Positions 10,543 through 24,407 of a DNA stretch of 64,000 bases are shown here, piece by piece. Under the pieces are notes generated by a model. The model ran no database searches. It was not told the DNA's origin and saw nothing but the letters and a program-made list of their open reading frames with translations. Made by a program: the position numbers and the translations under genes. The number at the start of each line of letters is the position of its first letter. The first letter of the stretch is position 1. Source of the DNA: Armatimonadota bacterium (GTDB lineage: Bacteria; Armatimonadota; SYMT01); contig JAWLHY010000013.1 in assembly GCA_041690135.1 (NCBI GenBank), positions 180,921 to 244,920 on the forward strand. The letters are read 5' to 3'.

Positions 10543-12297
10543 ATGTCGAACGGACATCCACCCTCCTTTCCCAATACAAACCCGATGGCCTTCTTCGTTC
10601 AACTACGGGCGTTCCTGCTCTCTAGAGATGGGCAGGGATACCCTGCTTATAAGCGCCTCGACCGGCGATACCAGTTTGATCGATTTGAGCTATTCATCGA
10701 TCACGTCCAGGGTGACCCGTTCGCCGAGCCGAGCCGGCTTCGAGTGAGCCTCTCCTCATCCGCCGCGGGCCTGCCGCCGGAGTACCTCGTCTCGGAGGCG
10801 CGGCGCAGGGCCGTGGCCGATTTCCTCAACCGGGCCTTTCTCGCGGCTTTGGAATCCCGGGAACGGGTTCGCGGTAGCGGGAAGAGCGGTGAGCTACGGG
10901 TCCTACGCCCGGGACAGGAGGTGTTGGCGAGAACCTCTGTCCTGGTCTTTCCGGACGGTGCGGTGGAAGCACGGTTCCGCGCCGGACTACCGGCCCGAGG
11001 ACGCACGATTCTGGGCCAAGAAGCAGCGCGCTTGCTCTGCGAGGACATTCCCGCGGCGGTCGATGCGGCGCTTTTGTACTCCAGCCTCGATCCCGCCGCG
11101 CTGCGGATCCACTTGGAGACCGTGGAGGACGCCCGCGCGCTCCGGGATCAACTGGCGGAGCGCGGCCTGGTGGCGTTCGTCGCGGACGGCGCCAACCTGC
11201 CGCGGCGGTCGGGCGTCGATGACCGCCCGCTGGCGGCGGACCGGTCCGTAACCTTCAGATCGCCGAAGAGTCTCCGGGTAACGCTGCGGGTACCCAACGC
11301 GGGCGATGTGACCGGTATGGGGATCCCGGCCGGCGTCACGCTGCTGGTCGGCGGCGGCTTTCATGGCAAGTCGACCCTCCTCCGGGCCATCGAGCGAGGA
11401 GTTTACGACCACGTTCCGGGAGACGGGCGGGAGAAGGTGGTGACGATCCCGTCCGCGGTCAAGGTCCGCGCCGAGGACGGGCGACGCGTAGCGGGGACCG
11501 ACATCTCCAATTTCATCAACCACCTGCCCGGCAATGAGGATACCCGGCACTTCTACACGGAGAACGCCTCCGGCTCCACTTCACAGGCGGCTTCCATCGC
11601 CGAGGCGCTGGAGCTCGGTACGGGCTGCCTGCTGCTGGACGAGGATACCAGCGCGACGAACCTGCTGATCCGGGACGCCCGGGTCCAGGCCCTGGTGGCG
11701 CGCGAGCACGAACCGATAACGCCCTTTATCGACCGCGTCCGCCAACTCCACCAACTCCACGGAGTTTCCACCATTATGGTGGTGGGTGGCGCGGGCGACT
11801 ACTTCGACGTGGCCGACACGGTGATTGCCATGCGGGAGTATTATCCCTACGAGGTGACGGCGGAAGCCCGCGAGGTCGCGCGCCGGTTCCCCACCCAGCG
11901 CCGCAGCGAGGCGGACCCGTGGCGACCGCTTGCCGAGCGGATCCCGCAGCCCGAGTCAATCGACCCGAGCCGGGGCCGACACGACGTGAAGGTCCAGGCC
12001 CGCGGAACCGAGCGCGTGCGGTTCGGCGAAGAAGACATCGATCTCTCGGCGGTGGAGCAGTTGGTGGAGACGGCACAGGCGCGGGCCATTGCGCACGCCC
12101 TCGCCTGGGGACGCGGCCGCTTCCTGGACGGCCATCGTCCTCTGCGGGACGCGCTGGAAGCCATGATGGAAGTCATCGAGGAGCAGGGTCTCGACGCCAT
12201 CGACGACCGCCGGATGGGCGAGTACGCCGCATTCCGCCTTTACGAGTTGGGGGCAGCCCTCAACCGCCTGAGGTCGCTGCGGGTGGGTCGCGCCTGA
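10543..12297 (+). CDS. ABC-class ATPase domain protein (ABC_ATPase/PF09818-like)
   Basis: GGAGG SD before ATG 10543; DHVQGDPFAEPSR, GGGFHGKSTLL, ENASGSTSQAA, LLLDEDTSATN. Confidence 0.85.
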   Translation: MSNGHPPSFPNTNPMAFFVQLRAFLLSRDGQGYPAYKRLDRRYQFDRFELFIDHVQGDPFAEPSRLRVSLSSSAAGLPPEYLVSEARRRAVADFLNRAFLAALESRERVRGSGKSGELRVLRPGQEVLARTSVLVFPDGAVEARFRAGLPARGRTILGQEAARLLCEDIPAAVDAALLYSSLDPAALRIHLETVEDARALRDQLAERGLVAFVADGANLPRRSGVDDRPLAADRSVTFRSPKSLRVTLRVPNAGDVTGMGIPAGVTLLVGGGFHGKSTLLRAIERGVYDHVPGDGREKVVTIPSAVKVRAEDGRRVAGTDISNFINHLPGNEDTRHFYTENASGSTSQAASIAEALELGTGCLLLDEDTSATNLLIRDARVQALVAREHEPITPFIDRVRQLHQLHGVSTIMVVGGAGDYFDVADTVIAMREYYPYEVTAEAREVARRFPTQRRSEADPWRPLAERIPQPESIDPSRGRHDVKVQARGTERVRFGEEDIDLSAVEQLVETAQARAIAHALAWGRGRFLDGHRPLRDALEAMMEVIEEQGLDAIDDRRMGEYAAFRLYELGAALNRLRSLRVGRA

Positions 12298-12388
12298 AGG
12301 GGTGGCGGCAGGTCAAGGAAGGTCGAGGGCGGAAGGCGAACTGTGCGGGGGCGTGACCGGTGGTCCGCCCGAGGAGAATTCAGCACAG

Positions 12389-13711
12389 ATGTCCGATCCG
12401 ATCCTTCAACCGCAAGAGATCGAGGCCGCCGTGAACGCGGCGCTCCGCGAGCAGCCGATCATCGATCTCCACACGCATACTTATCCCCCCTCGTTCGGTA
12501 CGCCGGTGGCGAATGCGACCGGCCAGGTTGATCCCCGCGGGCTGATGCTCTGGGGCGTGGACGAGCTCCTGACCTACCACTACCTCGTGGCCGAGGTCTA
12601 CCGCGTCGTGCCGCCGAGCCGCCTCCCCTACGAGCAGTTCTGGCAGATGTCCCGCCGTGAGCAGGCGGACCACATCTGGAAGAACCTCTTCCTGGAGCGC
12701 ACTCCGGTCTCCGAAGCGTGCCGGGGCGTGGTGACCTGCCTCAACCGGCTGGGCTTCGATCCTTCCACCGACAGCCTGGACCAGATTCGCCGCGCCCAGG
12801 CGGAGCAGGACCCGAGCCAGTTCGTCGACCGCCTGATGGAGCTATCCGGCGTCGAAAAGATCACGATGACCAATGAGGTCTTCGATGACAACGAGCGCAA
12901 CCGGTGGCTGTCAGACCCGAACGTGGGTTCCGATCCGCGGTTCAGCGCGGTGCTTCGCATCGATGCCATGTTGCTCGACTGGGCCAACACCGCCGGCAAG
13001 CTCCACGGGTGGGGGTATGACGTCTCGGGCGACCTCACGGACCGGACGGTGGAAGAAGGACAGCGCTTCCTGCGGGAATGGCTGGACCGGATGAAGGCGA
13101 TCTACATCGCGGTAAGCCTTCCCCCGGAGTTCGCCTACCCGGCGGTCGGGGACGATGCCGGAAGCTGCGCGGGCCAGGCAGTGTTGGAGCGCATCGTCCT
13201 CCCCGTGTGCGCGGAGCGAGGCATTCCGTTTGCGATGATGATCGGCGCGCGCCGCGCGGTGAACCCTGCCTTGAAGGGCGCGGGCGACATGGGCGGCATG
13301 GCGGACGTGCAGTCGGTGGCCCGGCTCTGCAACGCTTTCCCGGACAATAAGTTCATGGTGACCATGCTCGCGCGGGAGAACCAGCACGAGCTAGTGGTGA
13401 CCGCGCGGAAGTTCGGCAACCTGATGGTGTTCGGCTGCTGGTGGTTCATGAACAACCCGTCAATCATCGAGGAGATCACCCGGATGCGCATGGAGATGCT
13501 GGGGACGAGCTTCATCCCGCAGCACTCCGACGCACGCATTCTGGATCAGCTCCTGTACAAGTGGGACCACAGCCGCATGGTGATCGGCAAGGTGCTCACG
13601 GACAAGTACCAGGATCTCGTGACCGCGGGCTGGAAGCTCAAGCAGTCCGAAGTGCGCCGCGACGTGCGCCTCCTGGTGCGCGACAACTTCCTGGACTTTC
13701 TTGCCCGTTAG
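12389..13711 (+). CDS. Uronate (glucuronate) isomerase, Bacillus halodurans-type amidohydrolase
   Basis: GAGGAG SD; DLHTH metal motif, ELLTYHYLVAE, FGCWWFMNNPS, PQHSDARILDQLLYKW. Confidence 0.85.
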   Translation: MSDPILQPQEIEAAVNAALREQPIIDLHTHTYPPSFGTPVANATGQVDPRGLMLWGVDELLTYHYLVAEVYRVVPPSRLPYEQFWQMSRREQADHIWKNLFLERTPVSEACRGVVTCLNRLGFDPSTDSLDQIRRAQAEQDPSQFVDRLMELSGVEKITMTNEVFDDNERNRWLSDPNVGSDPRFSAVLRIDAMLLDWANTAGKLHGWGYDVSGDLTDRTVEEGQRFLREWLDRMKAIYIAVSLPPEFAYPAVGDDAGSCAGQAVLERIVLPVCAERGIPFAMMIGARRAVNPALKGAGDMGGMADVQSVARLCNAFPDNKFMVTMLARENQHELVVTARKFGNLMVFGCWWFMNNPSIIEEITRMRMEMLGTSFIPQHSDARILDQLLYKWDHSRMVIGKVLTDKYQDLVTAGWKLKQSEVRRDVRLLVRDNFLDFLAR

Positions 13712-13813
13712 GGGACTGGGGGGAAGTATCTGAACAGGATCAGATTCGCCTGCCCTCGGAACACGTCCGGCGTGGGTCAGGTCCCGACCGGCGAGCCTGC
13801 GAAAGTGGAACAT

Positions 13814-13961
13814 GTAGGGAACGTCTCGCCGCAGCGTTCCGCCGTCCTTGGGCTGATCCTGTCCTGACTACTCGTAACCGTCCCGTGACAGGAAGGGTCC
13901 GGTTTGGCCCAACGGGATCAACAAAAGTACCTGCGGAATGGAACGGCGTCACATTCCCTAC
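13814..13961. repeat. 148-bp GTAG-terminated REP/MITE-like element, copy 1
   Basis: Ends GTAGGGAA...TTCCCTAC; an inverted near-identical copy lies at 61087-61234. Confidence 0.85.
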
Positions 13962-14107
13962 AGACGCCGCCTCTCACGGCCGGCGTTGGCTCGATGACCC
14001 TTCTTGGTGGTTGCGATACCGCACTCGGAAAACTGCTTCGATTTGCCGGACGCACCCCTCAACGTTCGATAGCGCGCAGCAGGGAGTGCAGTGTGGCCTG
14101 GCTGCGG

Positions 14108-14232
14108 TCAGGCGGCGCGGATGCCTTCCCACAGCTCGGCGGGGACGAACTGCGAAAGGTGACCCACGTTGGTGGTAGCCACGACCAGTTCCCCCGCCGG
14201 GATCTCCAAAGGACTCTAAGGCTTGCGAACTC
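14108..14232 (-). pseudogene. C-terminal remnant of a PIN-domain (VapC-like) toxin
   Basis: Minus-strand translation QALES/LEIPAGELVVATTNVGHLSQFVPAELWEGIRAA* with one frameshift; resembles the ATTNVGHL...W terminus of a PIN family (recalled, not searched). Confidence 0.5.
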
Positions 14233-14375
14233 ACTGACGACGCCTACTCTGCGCAGTGCCCCTCTCAGTGTTTGCGGTTCGTCAGGGCACGGGTGCCAGG
14301 TCCCTCGTCGCGAATGCGGACAGCGCTAAAGCGCTTGACTACAAGCCAGGGGTTCCCGTTCACCGTAGGCGGATT

Positions 14376-16136
14376 CTACTCTTTGGCTACTAGTTTGCTC
14401 GGTTTCCAACCGAGCCGGATTGCCTGTGCCTCGATACGGGTGCCGGCCTGAACCGGAAATGGCTCCGTGTAAAGCTGCCACGGGCCTGTGCCGTCGAGCC
14501 GGAAGGCGAGGGAGGCCCCCTCGGTCGGACAGGTGATCGTCGCTTTTCCCTCGGAAACACGGACCACCGGATCGGCGGTGGTGGGCTGGCGACCGTCCGG
14601 CGGCCAGAGCTTCTTGATCAGCTCCGTCTCGGGGATCCGACCCAGGTCGCCGTATTTCGCGGTCCAAGCTTCGTGGGCGCTCCGCAGCTCCGCGAGCTTT
14701 TCTCGATGTTTCGGGTCGGCGGCCAGGTTCCGGATTTCGTAGGGATCCGCTTCGGTGTCATAGAGCTCTTCCTGCGGCTTTCGCTGCGCGGAGAACTGCC
14801 ATTGGTCCGGTCCCAGCTTCCCCTCGCGGGCGAGCTGCTTGATTTCGCGCTGGATCTCCTGCTGGTCTTCGTAGGGGATGAAGCCGATGTAGGGCAACTC
14901 CGGGCGGTAGTTGCGGACGTACTTGAACCGCCGGTCCCGCACGGCGCGGATCGTCTCGGGAGCGGGGTCCATCCGGTCCCGGCAGGCGTAGACGTACTTC
15001 CGGGGCGCGGCCTTGCGCGGGCCCAGGAATGGCTGTCCCTGCAGGTGCGCGGGGACCGGCAGCCCGGCCAGGGACAACATCGAGGGGGCGAAATCGACGA
15101 AACTGACCAGGTCCCCGTTGGTCGTGCCCGCCTCGGCCGGCTTTTGCGCGCCGGGCCAGCGGACGATCAGCGGGACCCGGGTCCCCGAGTCAAGCACCCA
15201 GCGCTTGTGCCGGGGAAGCCCATCGCCATGGTCGCTGAAGAAGAACACGACCGTCTTCTCCAGAAGCCGGTCCTCTTCGAGTTGCTTGAGGATCTCCCCC
15301 ACCCAACGATCCATCGCGGCGATGTTGTCGTAGTGGCGGGCCAGGTCGCGGCGGACGGTGGGGGTGTCCGGATAGTAGGGCGGCAGCTTCAAGCCGGCGG
15401 GGTCCGTCACCTGGGGCGACGTTTGCTTGAAGATCTGGCTCTCGTGAGTCTTGTTGCTGTTGAAGACGGCGAAGAACGGCTTGTCCGGCTGGGGCCGGTT
15501 GCGCCAGTGCGCCTTGCCGCTGTTATCGTCCCAGGCGGTGATCGGGGGCTTGAACTGGTAGTCCGTCTTCGAGTTGTTGGTGCAGTAGTAGCCGGCGGCG
15601 CGGAAATACTCCGTGAAGCACTTCACCTGGGGCGGCGGGGTCGCCTCGTACGTCGGGATTTTGAGGAGCTCCGGGTCCTTGATCATGGAGAGCGCCGACG
15701 TGCGGGACATCGTCCGCATGTGCATCGCTCCCGTGCTGGTGGGATACATCCCGGTAATCAGCGTGTGGCGGCTTGGCGCGCACACGCCGTAGGTGGAGAA
15801 GGCGCGGGTGAACCGGACCCCTTCTCGCGCGAGGCGGTCGATGTTGGGAGTGGGGACCGTCCGATCACCGTAGCAGCCGAGCCGGGGACTCATGTCCTCC
15901 ACGGTGATCCAGACGATGTTGGGACGGTCCGGCGGCGCCGATTGCGCCGATCCGCCTCCCGCGCACGCGGCAATGGCCAGCGCCGCGCCTAAACAGAACC
16001 GCGGAATTGAGGAACCATTTTTGCCCGCGGAACACACGGAATTGCGCGGAAGGAAACGGAAGAAGGAAGGTCGCGAATAACCCAGAAGGGCCGAGTCTTC
16101 TGGGGTGCTGTTTAGAAGGTCAACTACTCTCATCAT
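14376..16136 (-). CDS. Sulfatase (FGly-dependent), secreted
   Basis: [24 protein letters not shown]; ATG overlaps the upstream stop (ATGA at 16133-16136). Confidence 0.9.
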   Translation of the reverse strand: MMRVVDLLNSTPEDSALLGYSRPSFFRFLPRNSVCSAGKNGSSIPRFCLGAALAIAACAGGGSAQSAPPDRPNIVWITVEDMSPRLGCYGDRTVPTPNIDRLAREGVRFTRAFSTYGVCAPSRHTLITGMYPTSTGAMHMRTMSRTSALSMIKDPELLKIPTYEATPPPQVKCFTEYFRAAGYYCTNNSKTDYQFKPPITAWDDNSGKAHWRNRPQPDKPFFAVFNSNKTHESQIFKQTSPQVTDPAGLKLPPYYPDTPTVRRDLARHYDNIAAMDRWVGEILKQLEEDRLLEKTVVFFFSDHGDGLPRHKRWVLDSGTRVPLIVRWPGAQKPAEAGTTNGDLVSFVDFAPSMLSLAGLPVPAHLQGQPFLGPRKAAPRKYVYACRDRMDPAPETIRAVRDRRFKYVRNYRPELPYIGFIPYEDQQEIQREIKQLAREGKLGPDQWQFSAQRKPQEELYDTEADPYEIRNLAADPKHREKLAELRSAHEAWTAKYGDLGRIPETELIKKLWPPDGRQPTTADPVVRVSEGKATITCPTEGASLAFRLDGTGPWQLYTEPFPVQAGTRIEAQAIRLGWKPSKLVAKE

Positions 16137-17731
16137 GGCTTGCGATCGAGGGGTTCTTTCTCGAAGTCCGTCTCCTCGACCCAGCCGGCTCGCAGCTTCT
16201 CACCCCGCATGTACCGCTCGTAGAAGCCCTTGCCGCTGGCATCCGCGTAGGGGTACTGGTCGAAGATCGAGCCCTGTCCCAGCATCCGGGGATCTCCCTG
16301 CGCCTTCAACTCGCGGAAGAGCTGCTCCTTCAGGGCGGTCTTCCGCTTTCCATGGTCACCGGACGCGGCCAGGTTGCGGACGCAGTCCGGATCGCTGGCG
16401 ATGTCGTACAGCTCTTCCTGGGGTCGCTTGCCGAAGCAGAGATCCCAGTGCGCGTCCTTCCCCTTCTCGCGGCGGGCGTTCAGGATGAAGGTCTTGGTTG
16501 CCCCACCGTCGCAGTTCAGGTAGCCCGTTTCGGGGTTGCCCGCCGGCCAGCGGGAAGTCTCGAAGTTGTGGACGTAGAGTGATCCGTTCTTCACGATGCC
16601 GCGGATCGGGTAGCCCCAGTCCTGTGGACGGCCGATGTCGTGCCGCTCCTTGCCGATGAGCACGCGATCTCGCTTGCGCTCGACCCGGCCCTGCTTCTCC
16701 GTACGGAACAGAGAGGTGAGGCTCACACCCGGCGAAGGATCCATGCCGGTCTGGTCCCACTTCAGGCCGGCCGATTGCACCAGCGTTGGCGCCAGGTCGA
16801 CGAAGCTGATGTAGTCCTCGATGATGCGTCCGGGGTTCTTGACCTGCTTCCCCCACATCACCGCCAGGGGAATGTGGTTGGAGTGCTCGTAAGCCTGCCC
16901 CTTCACCCGCGGGAACGGCATCCCATGATCCGCCGTGACGATGACAATCGTGTTGTCCAGCTCGCCGCGCTTCTCCACCTGCTCCAGCATCCGGCCCAGG
17001 TGGCGGTCGAAGTGCTCCACCTCGTAGGCGTAGTCGAGCATGTCGTTCCGGACCACCTCGTTATCCGGCCAGTACGCCGGCACCCGGTCCACGTCTGTCA
17101 CCTTCTTGCCGCCCTTGGCCACGCCGCTGCCGTACTCGTAGCCGCGATGAGGCTCGAGGGAGCCGTACCAGAAGCACCAGGGACGACCCTTCGGGCTTTC
17201 CGCGAGGAAGTCCTCGAAGTTGCCCGCATAGTCGTTGTTGCTGATCCCCTTCGCGGGAGAGGGAGCGGTCCGCTTTCCGAACGGCTTCCCGGCCAACTGC
17301 CGGGGGCGGCCGTCCGCATCCCGAGCCACGCCGGGGCCCCAGCCCTTCCCCGTCACCCCCACGAAGTAGCCGCTCTCCCCCAGGGCCTCCGGGTAGGTCT
17401 TGAACTCCTGCGGGAAGTAGCACCAGTGGTTGGCGGCTTCCTTAAGCTGCCAGGAATTCCGGCCCGTAAGGATGGCGGCGCGGGAAGGCGCGCACTTCGC
17501 GTTGGGGGTGTAGGCGCGTGTGAAGAGGATCCCGTTCTTCGCCACCCGATCGAAAGCGGGCGTCTTCACCCACTTGCAGCCGTACGCCCCGGCGTGCCCG
17601 AACGACCAGTCGTCGGCAATGGCGTAAAGGATGTTGGGGCGCTCGGTAGCGCCGATGGCGGCCGGCGCCGTGGTAGAGGCCACGACTCCGAGAGACAGAA
17701 GGACGGTCAGGGTAGAGAGAGTTCGTCTCAT
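16133..17731 (-). CDS. Sulfatase (N-sulfoglucosamine sulfohydrolase-like), secreted
   Basis: Signal peptide from MRRTLS; [28 protein letters not shown]. Confidence 0.9.
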   Translation of the reverse strand: MRRTLSTLTVLLSLGVVASTTAPAAIGATERPNILYAIADDWSFGHAGAYGCKWVKTPAFDRVAKNGILFTRAYTPNAKCAPSRAAILTGRNSWQLKEAANHWCYFPQEFKTYPEALGESGYFVGVTGKGWGPGVARDADGRPRQLAGKPFGKRTAPSPAKGISNNDYAGNFEDFLAESPKGRPWCFWYGSLEPHRGYEYGSGVAKGGKKVTDVDRVPAYWPDNEVVRNDMLDYAYEVEHFDRHLGRMLEQVEKRGELDNTIVIVTADHGMPFPRVKGQAYEHSNHIPLAVMWGKQVKNPGRIIEDYISFVDLAPTLVQSAGLKWDQTGMDPSPGVSLTSLFRTEKQGRVERKRDRVLIGKERHDIGRPQDWGYPIRGIVKNGSLYVHNFETSRWPAGNPETGYLNCDGGATKTFILNARREKGKDAHWDLCFGKRPQEELYDIASDPDCVRNLAASGDHGKRKTALKEQLFRELKAQGDPRMLGQGSIFDQYPYADASGKGFYERYMRGEKLRAGWVEETDFEKEPLDRKP

Positions 17732-17741
17732 CAGAGCTCGC

Positions 17742-18443
17742 TTAGAGGTGTTCCAGCACGATGTTGCGGTACCAGAGCTCCGCGCCTTCGGACTGCAGGT
17801 TGATCTTGCCCTTCGTGAGGCTGGCATTCTTGCCCTTCATGTTGAGCTTGCCGTTGACCCAATGCTCGATCTCCGGGCCGCGCGCCACCACCACCGTGGT
17901 GTTCCACTCCCCATGGGGCTTCTCGTGGTCGGAGAACTTCACCACGCGCCCGCCCGTGTAGCTTTTGCCGTTGACTTCCAGGCTGGGCTTTACGCCGCCC
18001 ACCCCGGGGACCAGCCACATGTCGCCCGTGTCTCCTTCCTGGATCTGCAGCTCCAGCGAGTGGTTCCACACCTTATCGGGCCCCTGGCAGTAGTAGAGGA
18101 TGCCGGCATCACGCTTGGCGTTCTCTCGCGGCGGCCACTTCTTCGTGCCCCACTTGAACTCCACGGTCAGCCGGAAGTTCTCGTACTCCTTCTCCGTGCT
18201 CAGGAACCCGAACTTCTCGCCGCTGACGTGGATGGTGCCATCCTCCACCTTGAAGATGCCCAGGGTGTCGTTGTTCTTGCCGAGGTCCCGGATGTAGGTG
18301 TACCAGCCGTCGAAGTTCTTGCCGTTGAACAGCACCTCCTTCTTACCGCTCTGGGCGGCCGATGGGCAGCTCGGTCCCCCGATCAGAAGGGCGGCCGCGG
18401 CAACCGTGAGGAGGCCGGCGCCTATGCGGATACAGGTCTTCAT
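17742..18443 (-). CDS. DUF1080 (3-keto-disaccharide hydrolase-like) protein
   Basis: [45 protein letters not shown]. Confidence 0.88.
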   Translation of the reverse strand: MKTCIRIGAGLLTVAAAALLIGGPSCPSAAQSGKKEVLFNGKNFDGWYTYIRDLGKNNDTLGIFKVEDGTIHVSGEKFGFLSTEKEYENFRLTVEFKWGTKKWPPRENAKRDAGILYYCQGPDKVWNHSLELQIQEGDTGDMWLVPGVGGVKPSLEVNGKSYTGGRVVKFSDHEKPHGEWNTTVVVARGPEIEHWVNGKLNMKGKNASLTKGKINLQSEGAELWYRNIVLEHL

Positions 18444-18477
18444 CGAACCTTCATCCTTTCCGTTTCAGGGGGAGGGA

Positions 18478-22011
<3,534 letters not shown>

Positions 22012-22066
22012 CCTTCGCCTCTTCCAATTCCCAGATTAAAATCCGCGACTGCCTGACCGATCTTTT

Positions 22067-22116
22067 CCCCGGATTGAAATCCGGGGCTGGCTGACCGAAG
22101 TCCGCCGTCGCGGACT
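22067..22116. repeat. Double-hairpin REP-like element
   Basis: CCCCGGATT-GA-AATCCGGGG followed by AGTCCGC-CGTC-GCGGACT; related inverted copy inside the CDS at about 21232-21300. Confidence 0.75.
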
Positions 22117-22185
22117 GTTTGATCGACGTCCATCCACCTTTCCGGAGCCTCGCCATTCCTGCAGCCAGCGGCAAACCACTGTCCA

Positions 22186-23640
22186 CTAGGGGCGGCTGCG
22201 GCCTTCTCGCCGGTACTTTTCAAGCAAGGCGCTGAGCCGCTGGACGACCTCCGGGTGGGTAGCGTAGAGGTTCGTCTGCTCCGCGGGGTCCTTGTCCAGG
22301 TCGTAGAGCTGGCCCGCGGGTTCGCCGGCCTTCGCGCGGACGACCGCCGGTTGGGTGAATCCGCCGCTGCCGAGGCCGGGGATCAGCTTCCATTGCCCCT
22401 GGCGGATGGCCAACACGCCGCGGGAGGACTGGTGGACCGTCGCCTCGCGGAGGGGGCGGTTCAGCTTGCGGCCCTCGAGCACCGGCAGAATGCTGTGGCT
22501 GTCCTCGCCTGCGTTCTCCGGCAGCGGTTTGCCCGTGAGGTCGGCGAAGGTCGCCAGCATGTCGGTGAAGCAGATCGTGTCGCTCGAAGTCGAACCGGCC
22601 CTCACCTTACCGGGCCACCGGGCGATGAACGGCATCCGGTGGCCGCCTTCCCAGGCATCCCCCTTCATCCCGCGATAAACGTGGCTCGATGCATGGCCGT
22701 ACTTCCGGACATCGTCCGCGTACCACACGGGGCCGTTATCGCTGGTGAAGATCACCAGGGTGTTCTTCGCCAGGCCGGACTGGTCGAGTGCCTTAAGTAC
22801 CTGACCGACCGCGGCGTCTACGTGAGCCACGAAGTCGCCGTACTCCCCCGCCTGGCTCTTGCCCCGAAATGCCGGCGCCGGCAACCAGGGGGTGTGCGGA
22901 GCCGCCAGGGCGAGGTAGAGGAAGAAGGGAGATCCGCTCCGCTGCTTCCCGCGCTCTTCCACATACTCCACCGCCTTGCGGCTGAAATCATCCAGCACTT
23001 CCTCGTGGCGGAAGCCCGGCGCGATCTTCCCCTCCCTCCAGAAGGCGCCCTGGATCGGGCTCACACCCGGGCTGCTGCTGGCGGGAACCGTCTCCGAGGC
23101 CGACGCGACGGCCCGGTCGTTCCGGATGAAGAAGTACGGCGGGATGTCCAGGGAGGCGTGCATCCCATAGAAGTTCTGGAACCCGTGGGAGAAGGGACCG
23201 CCGGCCAAGGGCTTGCCGTAGTCGAAGTCCACTCCCCCCTCGAAGCCGAGGTGCCACTTCCCCACCATCGCCGTGGCATAGCCGCGGTCCCGGAGCAGCG
23301 AGGCGAGGGTCACCCGTCCCGGCTCGATGAGGGCCTCCTTCTGGATGTTGGCGCGGTTCCGGAAGGGATAGCGGCCGGTGAGGAGCCCGTAGCGCGAGGG
23401 GATGCAGACGGACCCCGGAGCGTGGGCATCGGTGAAGCGCATCCCCTGCGCGGCCAGGCGGTCGAGGTTAGGCGTGGGCGCCTTGGACTGCGGGTTGAAG
23501 CACCGCACGTCGCCATAGCCCATGTCGTCCGCCATGATGAAGACGATGTTGGGCTTCGGGGCCGGGGCGGCTTCGGCGGCACCCAGGCGCGTCGGGGCGC
23601 AGGCGGTTGCGAACAGGATGAAGAGGGAGGTCCATTTCAT
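22186..23640 (-). CDS. Arylsulfatase A-like sulfatase
   Basis: Signal peptide MKWTSLFILF; PNIVFIMADDMGYGD, CIPSR, VGKWHLG, FTSDNG. Confidence 0.92.
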   Translation of the reverse strand: MKWTSLFILFATACAPTRLGAAEAAPAPKPNIVFIMADDMGYGDVRCFNPQSKAPTPNLDRLAAQGMRFTDAHAPGSVCIPSRYGLLTGRYPFRNRANIQKEALIEPGRVTLASLLRDRGYATAMVGKWHLGFEGGVDFDYGKPLAGGPFSHGFQNFYGMHASLDIPPYFFIRNDRAVASASETVPASSSPGVSPIQGAFWREGKIAPGFRHEEVLDDFSRKAVEYVEERGKQRSGSPFFLYLALAAPHTPWLPAPAFRGKSQAGEYGDFVAHVDAAVGQVLKALDQSGLAKNTLVIFTSDNGPVWYADDVRKYGHASSHVYRGMKGDAWEGGHRMPFIARWPGKVRAGSTSSDTICFTDMLATFADLTGKPLPENAGEDSHSILPVLEGRKLNRPLREATVHQSSRGVLAIRQGQWKLIPGLGSGGFTQPAVVRAKAGEPAGQLYDLDKDPAEQTNLYATHPEVVQRLSALLEKYRREGRSRP

Positions 23641-23769
23641 ACCAGGGAGAGATTCCGTCTGCGCGAGAGGTGTTCCTTCCCATGGAGAGGCCGCCGAACG
23701 GGAACCGTTTTTGCCCGCGGAAAGGTGCGGAAGGAGAGAGAAGGACGGAAGAACGAAGCGGGCCAAGCA

Positions 23770-24310
23770 TCAACCTGGGAAGCGCGCGCTCTGGAGGCCC
23801 CGGAGGCGACGCTGACCGCCACCCCCACCGACCGGTTGTACCTGTCCATGGACGGAACGATGTGCCCCTTGCGGGACCCGTGGAAACGCGACGGTTCGGC
23901 GGGAAAGCTCCAGTGCCGCTAGGGGGATGCCAAGCTGGGAGTGGTCCTCCAGACGCGGCGGAAGAGCGGCCTCGATACGGAAGTGGTGCGCCGGGGATGT
24001 GTCCGCACGCTGGGGAACCTGGGTGTGTTTCTGCCGCTTTTGTTGGCGTTAGCACGGCAATGGCGATTGGGCACGCTCCGCGAGTTGATCGTACTGGGCG
24101 ACGGTGCGGACTGGATTTGGAAGCTGGTCGCGACGTACTTTCCGCACGTTGTCCCATTCCTGAACTTCCGACATATGACCGGGCATCTGTGGAACGTGGC
24201 GCACGCGATGCATGGGCCCGGAAGCGGCGCGAGTCAGGCCTGGGTCCAGCAGGCGCAATGGGACCTGAAACACGACTTGGTGCAGAGCTTCCTGTTGGTG
24301 GCTCAGCCGG
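23770..24310 (+). mobile_element. Degenerate ISKra4/ISLre2-like DDE transposase fragment
   Basis: RLYLSMDGTM...QCR*GDAKLGVV...IVLGDGADWIW...LNFRHMTGHLW; in-frame TAG at 23920-23922; truncated at both ends. Confidence 0.75.
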
Positions 24311-24407
24311 GAACCTACCGATTTCTTTCCTTAATTGTCGCGTGCATTGGATGCAGTCAACGTTAACCAGACACTGTCCGTCGCGTAGCCCTGGTTTCGG
24401 GGACGGC

